Source: Thermoplasmata archaeon
Lineage (GTDB): Archaea > Thermoplasmatota > Thermoplasmata > UBA10834
Reading direction: 5' to 3'
NCBI GenBank assembly: GCA_041494275.1
Contig: JBGQAM010000001.1
Coordinates: forward strand, 1 to 55,900
Length of the DNA stretch: 55,900 bases
Below are positions 38,004 to 46,438 of this stretch, piece by piece; within the stretch, counting starts at the first letter, position 1; every line of letters begins with the position of its first letter. The translations under genes and the position numbers were made by a program. Under the pieces are notes generated by a model. The model searched no databases and had not been told where the DNA came from. It saw nothing but the letters and a program-made list of their open reading frames with translations.

Positions 38004-38375
38004 CTACTTCTTCAGCGCCTTCAGCTTCTCGGCCAGCTCGTCAAGTGCTGGCTTGCCCTTCGCAGCGTCGAGTATCGCAACCGCTGCTGTCGGTTTCTCG
38101 AGCCCGCACGCGTTGCCGAGCTCTGCCTTGCTCGGAACAAAAGCGTACGGCACGTTCCGCTCTTCGCAAAGAGCGGGCATGTGCATCAGTATCTCTGGAG
38201 GTGAGACGTCCTCAGCCATTACGACCATGAGTGCCTCGCCCCTCTCGACGAGTTTCGTGACTTCATTCGTACCCTTGCGTATCTTGCCGCCGTCTCTGGC
38301 CAACTCGACCAGCTCGTACGTCTTGTCAGCTAGATCCTTCGGCATCTCGAACTTCACATATACTGGCTTCGCCAA
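38004..38375 (-). CDS. rpl7ae: 50S ribosomal protein L7Ae
   Basis: KIRKGTNEVTKLVERGEA..VVMAEDVSPPEI motif. TTG at 38375 gives MAKPVYVKFEMP, a typical L7Ae N-terminus, and is preceded by GGAGGT at 6 nt. An in-frame ATG at 38417 is the alternative. Confidence 0.88.
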   Translation of the reverse strand: MAKPVYVKFEMPKDLADKTYELVELARDGGKIRKGTNEVTKLVERGEALMVVMAEDVSPPEILMHMPALCEERNVPYAFVPSKAELGNACGLEKPTAAVAILDAAKGKPALDELAEKLKALKK

Positions 38376-38388
38376 GTTGATACCTCCT

Positions 38389-38413
38389 TCAGGTGCGTGA
38401 GCACCGTCATCAT
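38389..38413 (-). promoter_or_regulatory. Box C/D-like (K-turn-like) motif in the L7Ae leader: AUGAUGA-C-GGUGC-UCAC-GCACC-UGA
   Basis: On the minus strand, RUGAUGA and CUGA elements flank a 5-bp hairpin immediately 5' of the GGAGGU Shine-Dalgarno sequence. Confidence 0.35.
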
Positions 38414-38584
38414 TCATCGGCCCTTTCGTTGAAAAGAGCAGAATGAGTAGATGGTTTTGGTATAAAATGGTTGCTGGAGCTACATTGGAGGAAGCGGGAC
38501 ACCCACAACACAGAAATAACCTGAAAAGTGTTCAGCGACCGGATTCCAGTGCCCCAACATACACATTCCGGAGAATCTACGAAG

Positions 38585-39571
38585 ATGCCTCTTCGGGCTT
38601 CTGTTCCAGAGTTGGTCTACAGGAGGTACAAGGGTGCGAGCGACGACGCTGCAATAGCGGAGGTGATGAACCGAAGCTGGGAGGCGGACCTTGTGGATTC
38701 AATCATCAGCGTGTCCGACGTAGCCGCGAAGCTCATTCCGTCTGAGACCTTCGACCCGGCTCGTGACGTCATGATACTGGAAGCGAAAGGCAGAGTGGTC
38801 GGGATGTGTGAAGTGTCATGGGGCCGGAGGCTGAATAACATCACCGCCTATATGCAAAGGGCACACCTCCTGCCAGAGTGGCGGCAGTGCGGCATCAGAG
38901 AGGAGATGTTCCGACTTAACGAGAACAGGATTCGAGAAATCGCTGCCTCGCATGGCAAGGACCGCACAAAGGTCTTCGAAGTCTACGCCAACAGCGAACC
39001 CAACGAATGGAAGGCGCTCTTGGAGAAGAACGGCTACAAACCCTCGTGGTACTTGTTCGCGATGCTCAGGCCTCTAGCGGAAAGCATACCAGACCTCCCA
39101 CTGCCGAAAGGCGTAGAAGTGCGTCCTGCCAAGCCGGAGCAGTACAAGACTATCTGGGATGCTACAGCGGAGGCGATGCGAGACGAGAGAACCTTCACCG
39201 AAGAACGTTGGAACGACGAGGCCTTCGCGCGGTACGCAAAATCGTCCAATTTCTCCCCCCATCTGTGGCAGATCGCATGGGAAGGAGATCAGGTCGCCGG
39301 GGGAGTGCACAACTACATCGACGAAGACGAGAACGTCGAACTGAAGCGCAAGTGGGGTCATACCGAGGAGATATTTGTCAGGCGGCCTTGGAGACGGAAG
39401 GGGCTCGCACATGCCCTGATAGCCCGGAGTTGCCGGCTGCTGAAGGAGAAAGGGATGGATCACGCTACGCTCGATATGGAGGCCGAGAATCCGTCCGGTG
39501 CGCTCAGGCTCTACGAGAGCCTTGGATACAAGAAAGACAGAGAATTCGTCTTCTACAAGAAGCCGCTGTGA
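38585..39571 (+). CDS. Tandem-GNAT N-acetyltransferase (MshD-like architecture)
   Basis: Two GNAT-like halves. The C-terminal half has the acetyl-CoA motif VRRPWRRKGLAHALI. The ATG at 38585 is preferred over GTG 38528. Confidence 0.65.
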   Translation: MPLRASVPELVYRRYKGASDDAAIAEVMNRSWEADLVDSIISVSDVAAKLIPSETFDPARDVMILEAKGRVVGMCEVSWGRRLNNITAYMQRAHLLPEWRQCGIREEMFRLNENRIREIAASHGKDRTKVFEVYANSEPNEWKALLEKNGYKPSWYLFAMLRPLAESIPDLPLPKGVEVRPAKPEQYKTIWDATAEAMRDERTFTEERWNDEAFARYAKSSNFSPHLWQIAWEGDQVAGGVHNYIDEDENVELKRKWGHTEEIFVRRPWRRKGLAHALIARSCRLLKEKGMDHATLDMEAENPSGALRLYESLGYKKDREFVFYKKPL

Positions 39572-39661
39572 GCAGCTCTCAAAGAGCGTCCTCCGAGACT
39601 GCCATTTCGATGGAAAAGTCAATCGTACAAGAAGCTATATCGCCACTCACCATCAGGATAC

Positions 39662-41575
39662 TTGGTGATTGCCGTGACTATTCCGCTCGTTCACTTCCAA
39701 CCGATCGGCACCAAGGTCGAAGCAAGGAAGGACAGCAATCTTCTTGACCTTGCCAGGGATTCTGGCGCGGCAATCGAGTCCATCTGCAGTTCTCTCGGCA
39801 AATGCGGGAAGTGCAAGGTCATAGTGAGATCGGGAGGAAAGGCTCTCGGGAAGGTGACTGAGAGCGAGAGACTGATTCTCGACAAGCGCGAACTGAAGGA
39901 CGGTGTCAGGTTAGCGTGTCAGGCAAGGGTTGTCTCTCCCGCCAATATCACCGTCGACGTGCCCGAGGAGAGCAGAAGAGGGCACCACAGATTGCTGGCT
40001 TCCGGCGTAGAGAGGAAGATCGAACTCAAACCCGCAGTGCGGAAATTCGTTCTGAAGATCCCTCCCGCGACTATGCGTGACCTTAGAGCTGATGATGACA
40101 GGCTTCTCCAGGTCTTGAAGAACAAGGTGAAGGGAAGGTTGGAGGTGTCGCCGGGCGTCCACCGGCATCTTCCAGATGCTCTCAGACACAGCTCTTGGAC
40201 CACTACGGTCACACTCTTCAGGGACGAGGAGATTATCCGCGCGGAGCCTGGTGATACTTCAGCGCGACTGTTCGGGATAGCAGCGGACATAGGAACTACG
40301 AAGGTCGTCGCATATCTTCTCGATCTGCGTACTGGCGAGGTGCTCGACACTGAGAGCATGCCGAACCCGCAGATCCCCTTCGGCGAGGACCTCATGTCTA
40401 GGATCGCGTACACCAATAAGAATCCCAAGGGGTTAGAAGAGCTCCAACGAGTAGTTGTTCACGGGCTCAACGCACTGATCTTCAAGCTGTGCGGAGATAG
40501 GGGACTCACCCCCGACGAGATCCTCGAAGTAATGGTCGTCGGGAACACAGCTATGCACCACATCTTCTTCGGCATACCGACGACCCATCTGGCAGCAGCT
40601 CCGTATGCCCCTGCAGTCAGGACCTCATTGTCAGTGAATCCGACCCACGTTGGATTGAACACATATCCATTCGGAAAAGTCTCGTCACTCCCAAACATAG
40701 CGGGGTTCGTCGGAGCAGATGCGGTCGCGGATCTCCTGTCTAGCGGATTGTACGACGACAAGGAAGTCGGCATGATGATCGATATCGGCACAAACACGGA
40801 GATAATCGCGGGCAACAAGGATAGGCTGGTAAGCTGCTCGTGCGCATCCGGACCCGCATTCGAAGGCGCGCACATCAAGTTCGGCATGAGAGCATCAACT
40901 GGCGCAATCGAGCGAGTCTGGATTGACCCAGTCACGTACGAAGTCAGGCTCAGGACCGTGGATGACGCGCAGCCTAGGGGCATATGTGGCTCGGGGATTG
41001 TGGACGCGGTCTCGGAGCTGTTCAAAGCAGGCATCCTTGAGCCATCGGGCAAGATCGTAGTCTCTGAATCGAATCCACGCACGAGAACTACCGCGGACGG
41101 ACAAACGGAATTCATACTTGCGCAGGGCAAGGAGACAATCTCTGGATACAACATCTCGATAACCCAGCACGATGTTCAGGAGATTCAGTTGGCGAAGGCC
41201 GCGATATTCACGGGCGTCTCCATCCTGATGAAGAGGCTCAAGTTCAAGCCTTCCAGCCTCAGAAACATCTACGCTGCCGGAGCCTTCGGGACCTATGTCG
41301 ATGCGAGCAGCGCCATCAACATCGGGATGTATCCAGATGTGCCTGTCGACAGGATCAGATTCATCGGCAATGCCGCGGGCTCAGGTGCCAGAATGTGCCT
41401 CAAGTCCATCCGTGTGAGGGATTTGGCAGACAAGCTCTCTCGCAAGGTGGAGTACATAGAACTCGCTGCAGAGTCGGAATTCCAGAAGGAGTTCGCCCAA
41501 GCCATGTTCTTGCCACACAGGGACCTCTCGAGGTTTCCTAGCGCGAAGAAGACCGCCATGAAACGGCCTGTGTAG
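39662..41575 (+). CDS. 2Fe-2S ferredoxin domain fused to an ASKHA ATPase (DUF4445), RACo/RamA-like corrinoid reductive-activase family
   Basis: N-terminal plant-type cluster pattern CSSLGKCGKCKV...LACQ. Downstream are ASKHA phosphate motifs (GIAADIGTTKVV, MIDIGTNTE, GNAAGSGA). The exact start is uncertain (TTG 39662 or GTG 39665). Confidence 0.7.
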   Translation: MVIAVTIPLVHFQPIGTKVEARKDSNLLDLARDSGAAIESICSSLGKCGKCKVIVRSGGKALGKVTESERLILDKRELKDGVRLACQARVVSPANITVDVPEESRRGHHRLLASGVERKIELKPAVRKFVLKIPPATMRDLRADDDRLLQVLKNKVKGRLEVSPGVHRHLPDALRHSSWTTTVTLFRDEEIIRAEPGDTSARLFGIAADIGTTKVVAYLLDLRTGEVLDTESMPNPQIPFGEDLMSRIAYTNKNPKGLEELQRVVVHGLNALIFKLCGDRGLTPDEILEVMVVGNTAMHHIFFGIPTTHLAAAPYAPAVRTSLSVNPTHVGLNTYPFGKVSSLPNIAGFVGADAVADLLSSGLYDDKEVGMMIDIGTNTEIIAGNKDRLVSCSCASGPAFEGAHIKFGMRASTGAIERVWIDPVTYEVRLRTVDDAQPRGICGSGIVDAVSELFKAGILEPSGKIVVSESNPRTRTTADGQTEFILAQGKETISGYNISITQHDVQEIQLAKAAIFTGVSILMKRLKFKPSSLRNIYAAGAFGTYVDASSAINIGMYPDVPVDRIRFIGNAAGSGARMCLKSIRVRDLADKLSRKVEYIELAAESEFQKEFAQAMFLPHRDLSRFPSAKKTAMKRPV

Positions 41576-41599
41576 ACGTAACCCCCCAGGGGCATCCCC

Positions 41600-41620
41600 G
41601 CGAAGCTTAAATAAGGTCTC
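41600..41620 (+). promoter_or_regulatory. BRE/TATA promoter GCGAAGCTTAAATAAGGTCTC for the first SDH-like gene
   Basis: Near-identical to the element at 43009-43029. It lies about 70 nt upstream of ATG 41683. Confidence 0.6.
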
Positions 41621-41682
41621 AGCATTCGCGCAACAAGCGGACCCTGGTGTTGACAACCAGCGGCCGAGGCATTTGTGGAAAA

Positions 41683-42888
41683 ATGAAGGCGATGATATTG
41701 GGGACTGGAGCTGTCGGCTCAGTCACTGCCGAGGTTCTCGGTCATTCCGAGGAATTCGACAAGGTCGTTCTGGCAGACGTGAACATCGAGAGGGCAAGAA
41801 GGGCCGAGAAGAAGATATCGAGCGACAGTGTCACCGTGCAGAAGGTCGACGCATCCGATCTTGACTCTCTGACAAAGGCTTTCAAAGGAATTGACATCGT
41901 GCTGAACGCAGTCATACCCCGGTTCAACATGAACATCATGAAGGCGTGTCTCAAGGCGAAAGCCAACTACAGTGACATGGCATGGGACGTGGCGCTGGAC
42001 AAGACCAAGCCGGGGGAGATAATCGAGAAGACCCCAGCGATGGAATTTATCAAACTGGACACGGAATTCAAAAAGGCGGGCCTCGCGGGGATGATGGGGC
42101 TCGGCTGCGATCCGGGGCTGTCGAACCTCTTCGCGAGAATGGGCGCAGACAGGATGGACAAAGTGAAGCAGATACTCGTAAGAGATGGCGACAACGGAGC
42201 CGTTGCTGGGCACCACTTCGCGCCGTTGTGGTCGCCAGAGACACTAATAGAGGAGGTTCTCATGCCTGCGACCTACTACGCGGACGGGCACTACAGGAAG
42301 CTTCCTCCGTTCAGTGGCAAGGAGCTGTTCCAGTTTCCTGACCCAGTAGGCAAGCTCCCCATATACAATGTGGACCATGAGGAAGCAGAGACGCTCCCGA
42401 CCTACATAGGCGAAGTCCTGGGGAAAGGCTGCGACTACTGCGACTTCAAGATTGCACTGGGAGATGACTACGTCGAAGTGATTGACGTCCTCGGCAAGCT
42501 CGGACTGGACAGCACGAAACCGGTCGACGTCAAGGGAGTCAAGGTGGCTCCGAGAGATGTCGTGTCTGCCGTGCTGCCTGACCCATCGACTCTCGCGGAC
42601 AGGGCAAAGGGAGATTGCGCTGTCGGAACAGTCGTCAAGGGAGTCAAGGACGGAAAGGATGTGGGCTATTTCATCTGGACCCAGCTCAACCATGAAGACT
42701 GCCACAAGAAATACGGACATAGTGCGACGGGGTATTCTGTCGGCGTTCCATTCGCGATTGGTGCCATACTGTTCGCTCAAGGCAAGATCAGGCAGAGGGG
42801 AGTGTACCCGCCAGAGATGCTCGATCCGCAACCCTTCGTCAAGATGCTGCCCAAGTACGGCATGAATTGCTACGAGAAGAAGCTCTGA
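41683..42888 (+). CDS. Saccharopine dehydrogenase-like NAD(P) oxidoreductase, paralog 1
   Basis: N-terminal Rossmann MILGTGAVGSV and the GLGCDPGLSNLFA, FAPLWSPETLIEEV motifs. The ATG at 41683 is preferred over the track start at 41647. Confidence 0.75.
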   Translation: MKAMILGTGAVGSVTAEVLGHSEEFDKVVLADVNIERARRAEKKISSDSVTVQKVDASDLDSLTKAFKGIDIVLNAVIPRFNMNIMKACLKAKANYSDMAWDVALDKTKPGEIIEKTPAMEFIKLDTEFKKAGLAGMMGLGCDPGLSNLFARMGADRMDKVKQILVRDGDNGAVAGHHFAPLWSPETLIEEVLMPATYYADGHYRKLPPFSGKELFQFPDPVGKLPIYNVDHEEAETLPTYIGEVLGKGCDYCDFKIALGDDYVEVIDVLGKLGLDSTKPVDVKGVKVAPRDVVSAVLPDPSTLADRAKGDCAVGTVVKGVKDGKDVGYFIWTQLNHEDCHKKYGHSATGYSVGVPFAIGAILFAQGKIRQRGVYPPEMLDPQPFVKMLPKYGMNCYEKKL

Positions 42889-43008
42889 ACCGCACATCGT
42901 GATTCATCCATACTCCGAGCAACGGGATCCTTCGACCATGTCTGTGATTCAAGGCATGCTAGCTGATGCCACATCCATCACTGGCGCTCAGCGTCCCAGC
43001 CTTTCCTA

Positions 43009-43029
43009 GCGAAACTTAAATATGGACTC
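43009..43029 (+). promoter_or_regulatory. BRE/TATA promoter GCGAAACTTAAATATGGACTC for the second SDH-like gene
   Basis: 18 of 21 nt are identical to 41600-41620. It lies about 71 nt upstream of ATG 43094. Confidence 0.6.
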
Positions 43030-43093
43030 GGCTATCCGCAAATGGAGGATGCCTGGGGGGAGACTACCAGCATCCTTCGGTGTATGTGACAAA

Positions 43094-44302
43094 ATGAAGA
43101 CTATGGTTTTGGGTGTTGGTGCAATCGGATCTGTGACTGCACAGTGCCTTGCCGGCGCAGAAGAGTTCGACAAGGTCATTCTCGGGGCAAGGAATCCTGA
43201 GAAGGGAAAGCGTTTGGAGAAGAAGATTGGATCGGACAAGGTGAGCGTCGTGAAGCTCGACGCCTCGGATGTCTCGGCGATGACCAAGGCGTTCAAGGGA
43301 CTCGACCTCGTCTGCAACCTTGCGATACCGAGGTTCAACTTCGCAATAATGGAGGCCTGCGAGAAGGCCAAGGTCAACTATCTGGACACTGCGTGGGACA
43401 TCGCGATCGACAAGACTCCTCCGGGAGGAGTCGTGGAGCCCGCGCCCCCGTCATTCCTGTATCTGAAGAAGGATGCCGCGTGGAAGAAGTTGGGCATCAC
43501 GGGTATGCTTGGGATCGGATGCGACCCCGGCTTGTCGAACCTGTTCGCTAGGAAGGGCGCAGACAAGATGGACTCCGTGAAGGAGATCCTCATTCGAGAT
43601 GGAGACAACGGATTTGTCGAGGGTTACGACTTCGCACCTCTATGGTCCCCTGAGACCCTGATCGAGGAAGTGCTCATGCCTGCGACTTACTTCAAGGACG
43701 GGAAGTACAGAAAGTACGGTTCGTTCGAAAACAAAGAGACCTTCGACTTCCCAGATGGCGTCGGGAAGGTCCCGATTTACAACGTAGCTCACGAAGAGTC
43801 TGAGACTCTGGGCACGTACATTGGAGAGGTTCTCGGAAAGGGCTGCCAGTACACGGACTTCAAGATCGCACTCGGCGATGAGTACGTCGACGCGATCAAG
43901 ATGATCGGCAAGCTCGGCCTGGACAACCCGAACAAGATCAAGGTCAAGGATGTGAGCGTCGCGCCGAGAGATGTTGTCAACGCTGTCCTGCCAGACCCGT
44001 CCACGCTAGGCCACCTCGCCAGAGGCCAGTGCGCGATAGGCGCGGTCGTCAAAGGCAAGAAGGACGGCAAGGACTCAGGATACTATGGCTGGACGTCGTT
44101 GGACCACAAGAAGTGCTTCGACCAGTGGCACAACAGTGCGACTGCGTGGTCCGTCGGAGTGCCAGCGGCAATAGGTGCAATCCTGTTCGCGCAGGGGAAA
44201 ATCAAGATGAAAGGAGTGTTCCCGCCAGAGATGATGGATCCAGACCCATTCATCAAAATGCTTCCGAAGTTCGGTATGAACTACAAAGAGAAGAAGCTCT
44301 AG
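43094..44302 (+). CDS. Saccharopine dehydrogenase-like NAD(P) oxidoreductase, paralog 2
   Basis: Collinear with paralog 1 over the full length, roughly two-thirds identical by eye. It shares GIGCDPGLSNLFA, FAPLWSPETLIEEVLMPATY and AIGAILFAQGKI. Confidence 0.75.
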   Translation: MKTMVLGVGAIGSVTAQCLAGAEEFDKVILGARNPEKGKRLEKKIGSDKVSVVKLDASDVSAMTKAFKGLDLVCNLAIPRFNFAIMEACEKAKVNYLDTAWDIAIDKTPPGGVVEPAPPSFLYLKKDAAWKKLGITGMLGIGCDPGLSNLFARKGADKMDSVKEILIRDGDNGFVEGYDFAPLWSPETLIEEVLMPATYFKDGKYRKYGSFENKETFDFPDGVGKVPIYNVAHEESETLGTYIGEVLGKGCQYTDFKIALGDEYVDAIKMIGKLGLDNPNKIKVKDVSVAPRDVVNAVLPDPSTLGHLARGQCAIGAVVKGKKDGKDSGYYGWTSLDHKKCFDQWHNSATAWSVGVPAAIGAILFAQGKIKMKGVFPPEMMDPDPFIKMLPKFGMNYKEKKL

Positions 44303-44426
44303 TGGAAAACCCGAAAGCTAAGGGGGGCTTGCTCCCCTCAGCTCTATCTCTCTTCTGATTGCGGCAGCGAAATCTCGCGACCGCCGAGCATCAACAGCAA
44401 GTAGAAGATTGGAGATACGGTGCGCG

Positions 44427-45653
44427 ATGGCAGCAGGGGACGACCGCATAAGGAGATACTACCTCTTCAGAGCGGTCACTTCGTTCTCGCTCTGGGTGCC
44501 ATTCTGGACGCTCTGGGCAAACAATCATCTTGACAGCCTCTTCCTCCTGACGGTGGTAGACGCTGCATTCTGGACCACGATGATATGTTTCCAGTTGCCA
44601 GCAGGTCTTCTCGGCGACAAGTATGGCCGCAAAGCGATGCTGTTCATCGGAGAGGTCCTGGTTGTCGGAGGCGTCATGTCTTTCGGCTTCAGCACCGTGT
44701 TCTGGGAGTTCCTGATCTCAAACATCGTTTGGGCAACCGGAATATGCTTTGTCGTAAGCGGGGACACCCCCTTCCTCTATGACACCTTGCTGGAATTGAA
44801 CCGCGCAGGCGAGTTCATTGGTGTGAGCGCAAGGGCATGGTCAGTGATGGCCGTGATGACCGCCACCGCCTGCGTCGTCGGCGGGATTGTCGTACAGTGG
44901 GTATTGCCGGACCGCCTTGACCTCACACTCATCATCAGCGCATTCGTTGCGCTGTTAGGTTCGTTCACTGTCCTATTGCTGAAGGAACCAAAGGTCGATC
45001 GAACGAAGTTCGGATCGTACAGAACACAACTGAGGGTGGGATGGAACCAAGTCGTGTCATCAAGGGCGATACTGGTCGTAATCGCCTTCCAGATTGTAAT
45101 CGAGATCGCTCTGTACGTCATGGCGGTCTTTAGATCTGTCTACATGAACGATGACTTAAATCTGAATTACTTCTACATCGGACTCTTCATTGGAAGTTTC
45201 ACGATTGTAGGAGGCATTGTCGCCATGAAGGCGGGTTGGATCGAGCATCGGTTGGGAGAGAAGAAGTCGCTTCTTTTCATGCTGCTCGCGGTGATTGGAT
45301 CCTTCGGGGTGGTCTTCATCGTGAAATCCTCCTGGGCAATTCTGATCCAGTACCTGATCTACACGGTCTCCTCCCTGGTCGGTCCCATCACGAACGGCTA
45401 TATCAACCGGAGAGTGGACTCGGAGCACAGGTCCACAGTTGTTTCGATAGCAACTCTGTTGTTCACTCTAGTTCTGGCCCCGATTGAGATAGGGTTCGGT
45501 TTCGTCGCAACAGAGTGGGGTACAAGGGAAAGCCTGCTCATACTCGCCCTAGTGGCAGCGCCTGTAGGCCTGTTCCTCCTCTCTATATGGTTCAAAGAGG
45601 TCGATCTATCCAAACAGAAGACGAAGAGAATCAGAGCCCTCAAGCAGTTCTAG
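44427..45653 (+). CDS. MFS-type transporter (about 12 TM)
   Basis: Multiple hydrophobic segments and an MFS-like loop GLLGDKYGRKAML between TM2 and TM3. The start is ATG 44427 or TTG 44409. Confidence 0.65.
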   Translation: MAAGDDRIRRYYLFRAVTSFSLWVPFWTLWANNHLDSLFLLTVVDAAFWTTMICFQLPAGLLGDKYGRKAMLFIGEVLVVGGVMSFGFSTVFWEFLISNIVWATGICFVVSGDTPFLYDTLLELNRAGEFIGVSARAWSVMAVMTATACVVGGIVVQWVLPDRLDLTLIISAFVALLGSFTVLLLKEPKVDRTKFGSYRTQLRVGWNQVVSSRAILVVIAFQIVIEIALYVMAVFRSVYMNDDLNLNYFYIGLFIGSFTIVGGIVAMKAGWIEHRLGEKKSLLFMLLAVIGSFGVVFIVKSSWAILIQYLIYTVSSLVGPITNGYINRRVDSEHRSTVVSIATLLFTLVLAPIEIGFGFVATEWGTRESLLILALVAAPVGLFLLSIWFKEVDLSKQKTKRIRALKQF

Positions 45654-45859
45654 CGGTAGCGATAGCTCCCGCCACGAGCGAACAGAAAAAGGGGGGAGGA
45701 TTACCGTTGCCTCGAATACCTTGTGTGCTAATAAATGTTATCAAAAGTGATACTGACTATATGAAGGCCAGCTGAACGGTCTGCCAGCGTCAATTCGACG
45801 GTTCTGCGCACTCGGACCTAAACCCCTTTCGTCTTCCCTCAGTTTCAATTCTGTAGACT

Positions 45860-46012
45860 TCAGAAAACCATTATGACAACAAGGAACGCGATGCCCAATG
45901 CAACAAGGACTAGAATCGCTTTGAGGGAAACATCGAATCTGTGGGATTCCTCAAATTCGAGCATGCCTTCATCGTTATCTGGCATCGACACTTGAGGTAT
46001 CTCTTGCCCCAT
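45860..46012 (-). CDS. Candidate mini-protein (50 aa) with acidic N-terminus and C-terminal TM helix
   Basis: The ATG is preceded by GGGAGTGAG at 4 nt. Sequence: MGQEIPQVSMPDNDEGMLEFEESHRFDVSLKAILVLVALGIAFLVVIMVF. It is below the ORF-track length cutoff. Confidence 0.35.
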   Translation of the reverse strand: MGQEIPQVSMPDNDEGMLEFEESHRFDVSLKAILVLVALGIAFLVVIMVF

Positions 46013-46035
46013 TGAACTCACTCCCTTTCCTCACC

Positions 46036-46067
46036 GCGTAATCGTCTTTCCTCCCCTATGGTCTTTT
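46036..46067. repeat. Copy 1 of a 32-nt imperfect direct repeat (GCGTAATCGTCTTTCCTCCCCTATGGTCTTTT)
   Basis: 27 of 32 nt are identical to 46296-46327. Both copies are in the same non-coding island. Confidence 0.7.
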
Positions 46068-46170
46068 CCTGGAACTCCTGCGCAAATACTTAGGCGCGTA
46101 TGATGATTCTGCAAACGGTATGTCAATCCCACCAGTCCCCCCCAAGATGCCTTATCGCTACTATCTCCTA

Positions 46171-46275
46171 ATGGGCAAGTGGGGGATTGGAATCGAGAAG
46201 CATAGCCTGTGGTATCTGTTGGCCATGTTTCTGATGATTCTCGCCATCATCCTCGCTTTCTTGGCGATCGCGTGA
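46171..46275 (+). CDS. Candidate hydrophobic mini-protein (34 aa)
   Basis: MGKWGIGIEKHSLWYLLAMFLMILAIILAFLAIA. There is no clear SD. It is divergent from the 50-aa mini-ORF, and an antisense 29-aa ORF also exists here. Confidence 0.2.
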   Translation: MGKWGIGIEKHSLWYLLAMFLMILAIILAFLAIA

Positions 46276-46295
46276 TCGCAGTCCAGAGCCCCTTC

Positions 46296-46327
46296 GCGTT
46301 GTCGCCTTTCCTCCCCTAAGGGCTTTT
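46296..46327. repeat. Copy 2 of the 32-nt imperfect direct repeat (GCGTTGTCGCCTTTCCTCCCCTAAGGGCTTTT)
   Basis: 27 of 32 nt are identical to 46036-46067. Confidence 0.7.
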
Positions 46328-46438
46328 GTTCGCATTGGAGGCCCGTGTCGCGCGTTTCTTCCGAACGATTAGAACCGGTCGGGGTCGAGGGTATGCTAGA
46401 TGCCCTCTGACGGGATAGGGTGAAAACCCAGGCCAGTG

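Noticed and set aside
46100-46170. Possible box C/D sRNA: AUGAUGA at 46100-46106 in intergenic DNA
   Set aside because: There is no CUGA D box at the expected 3' distance, no C'/D' boxes and no terminal stem.
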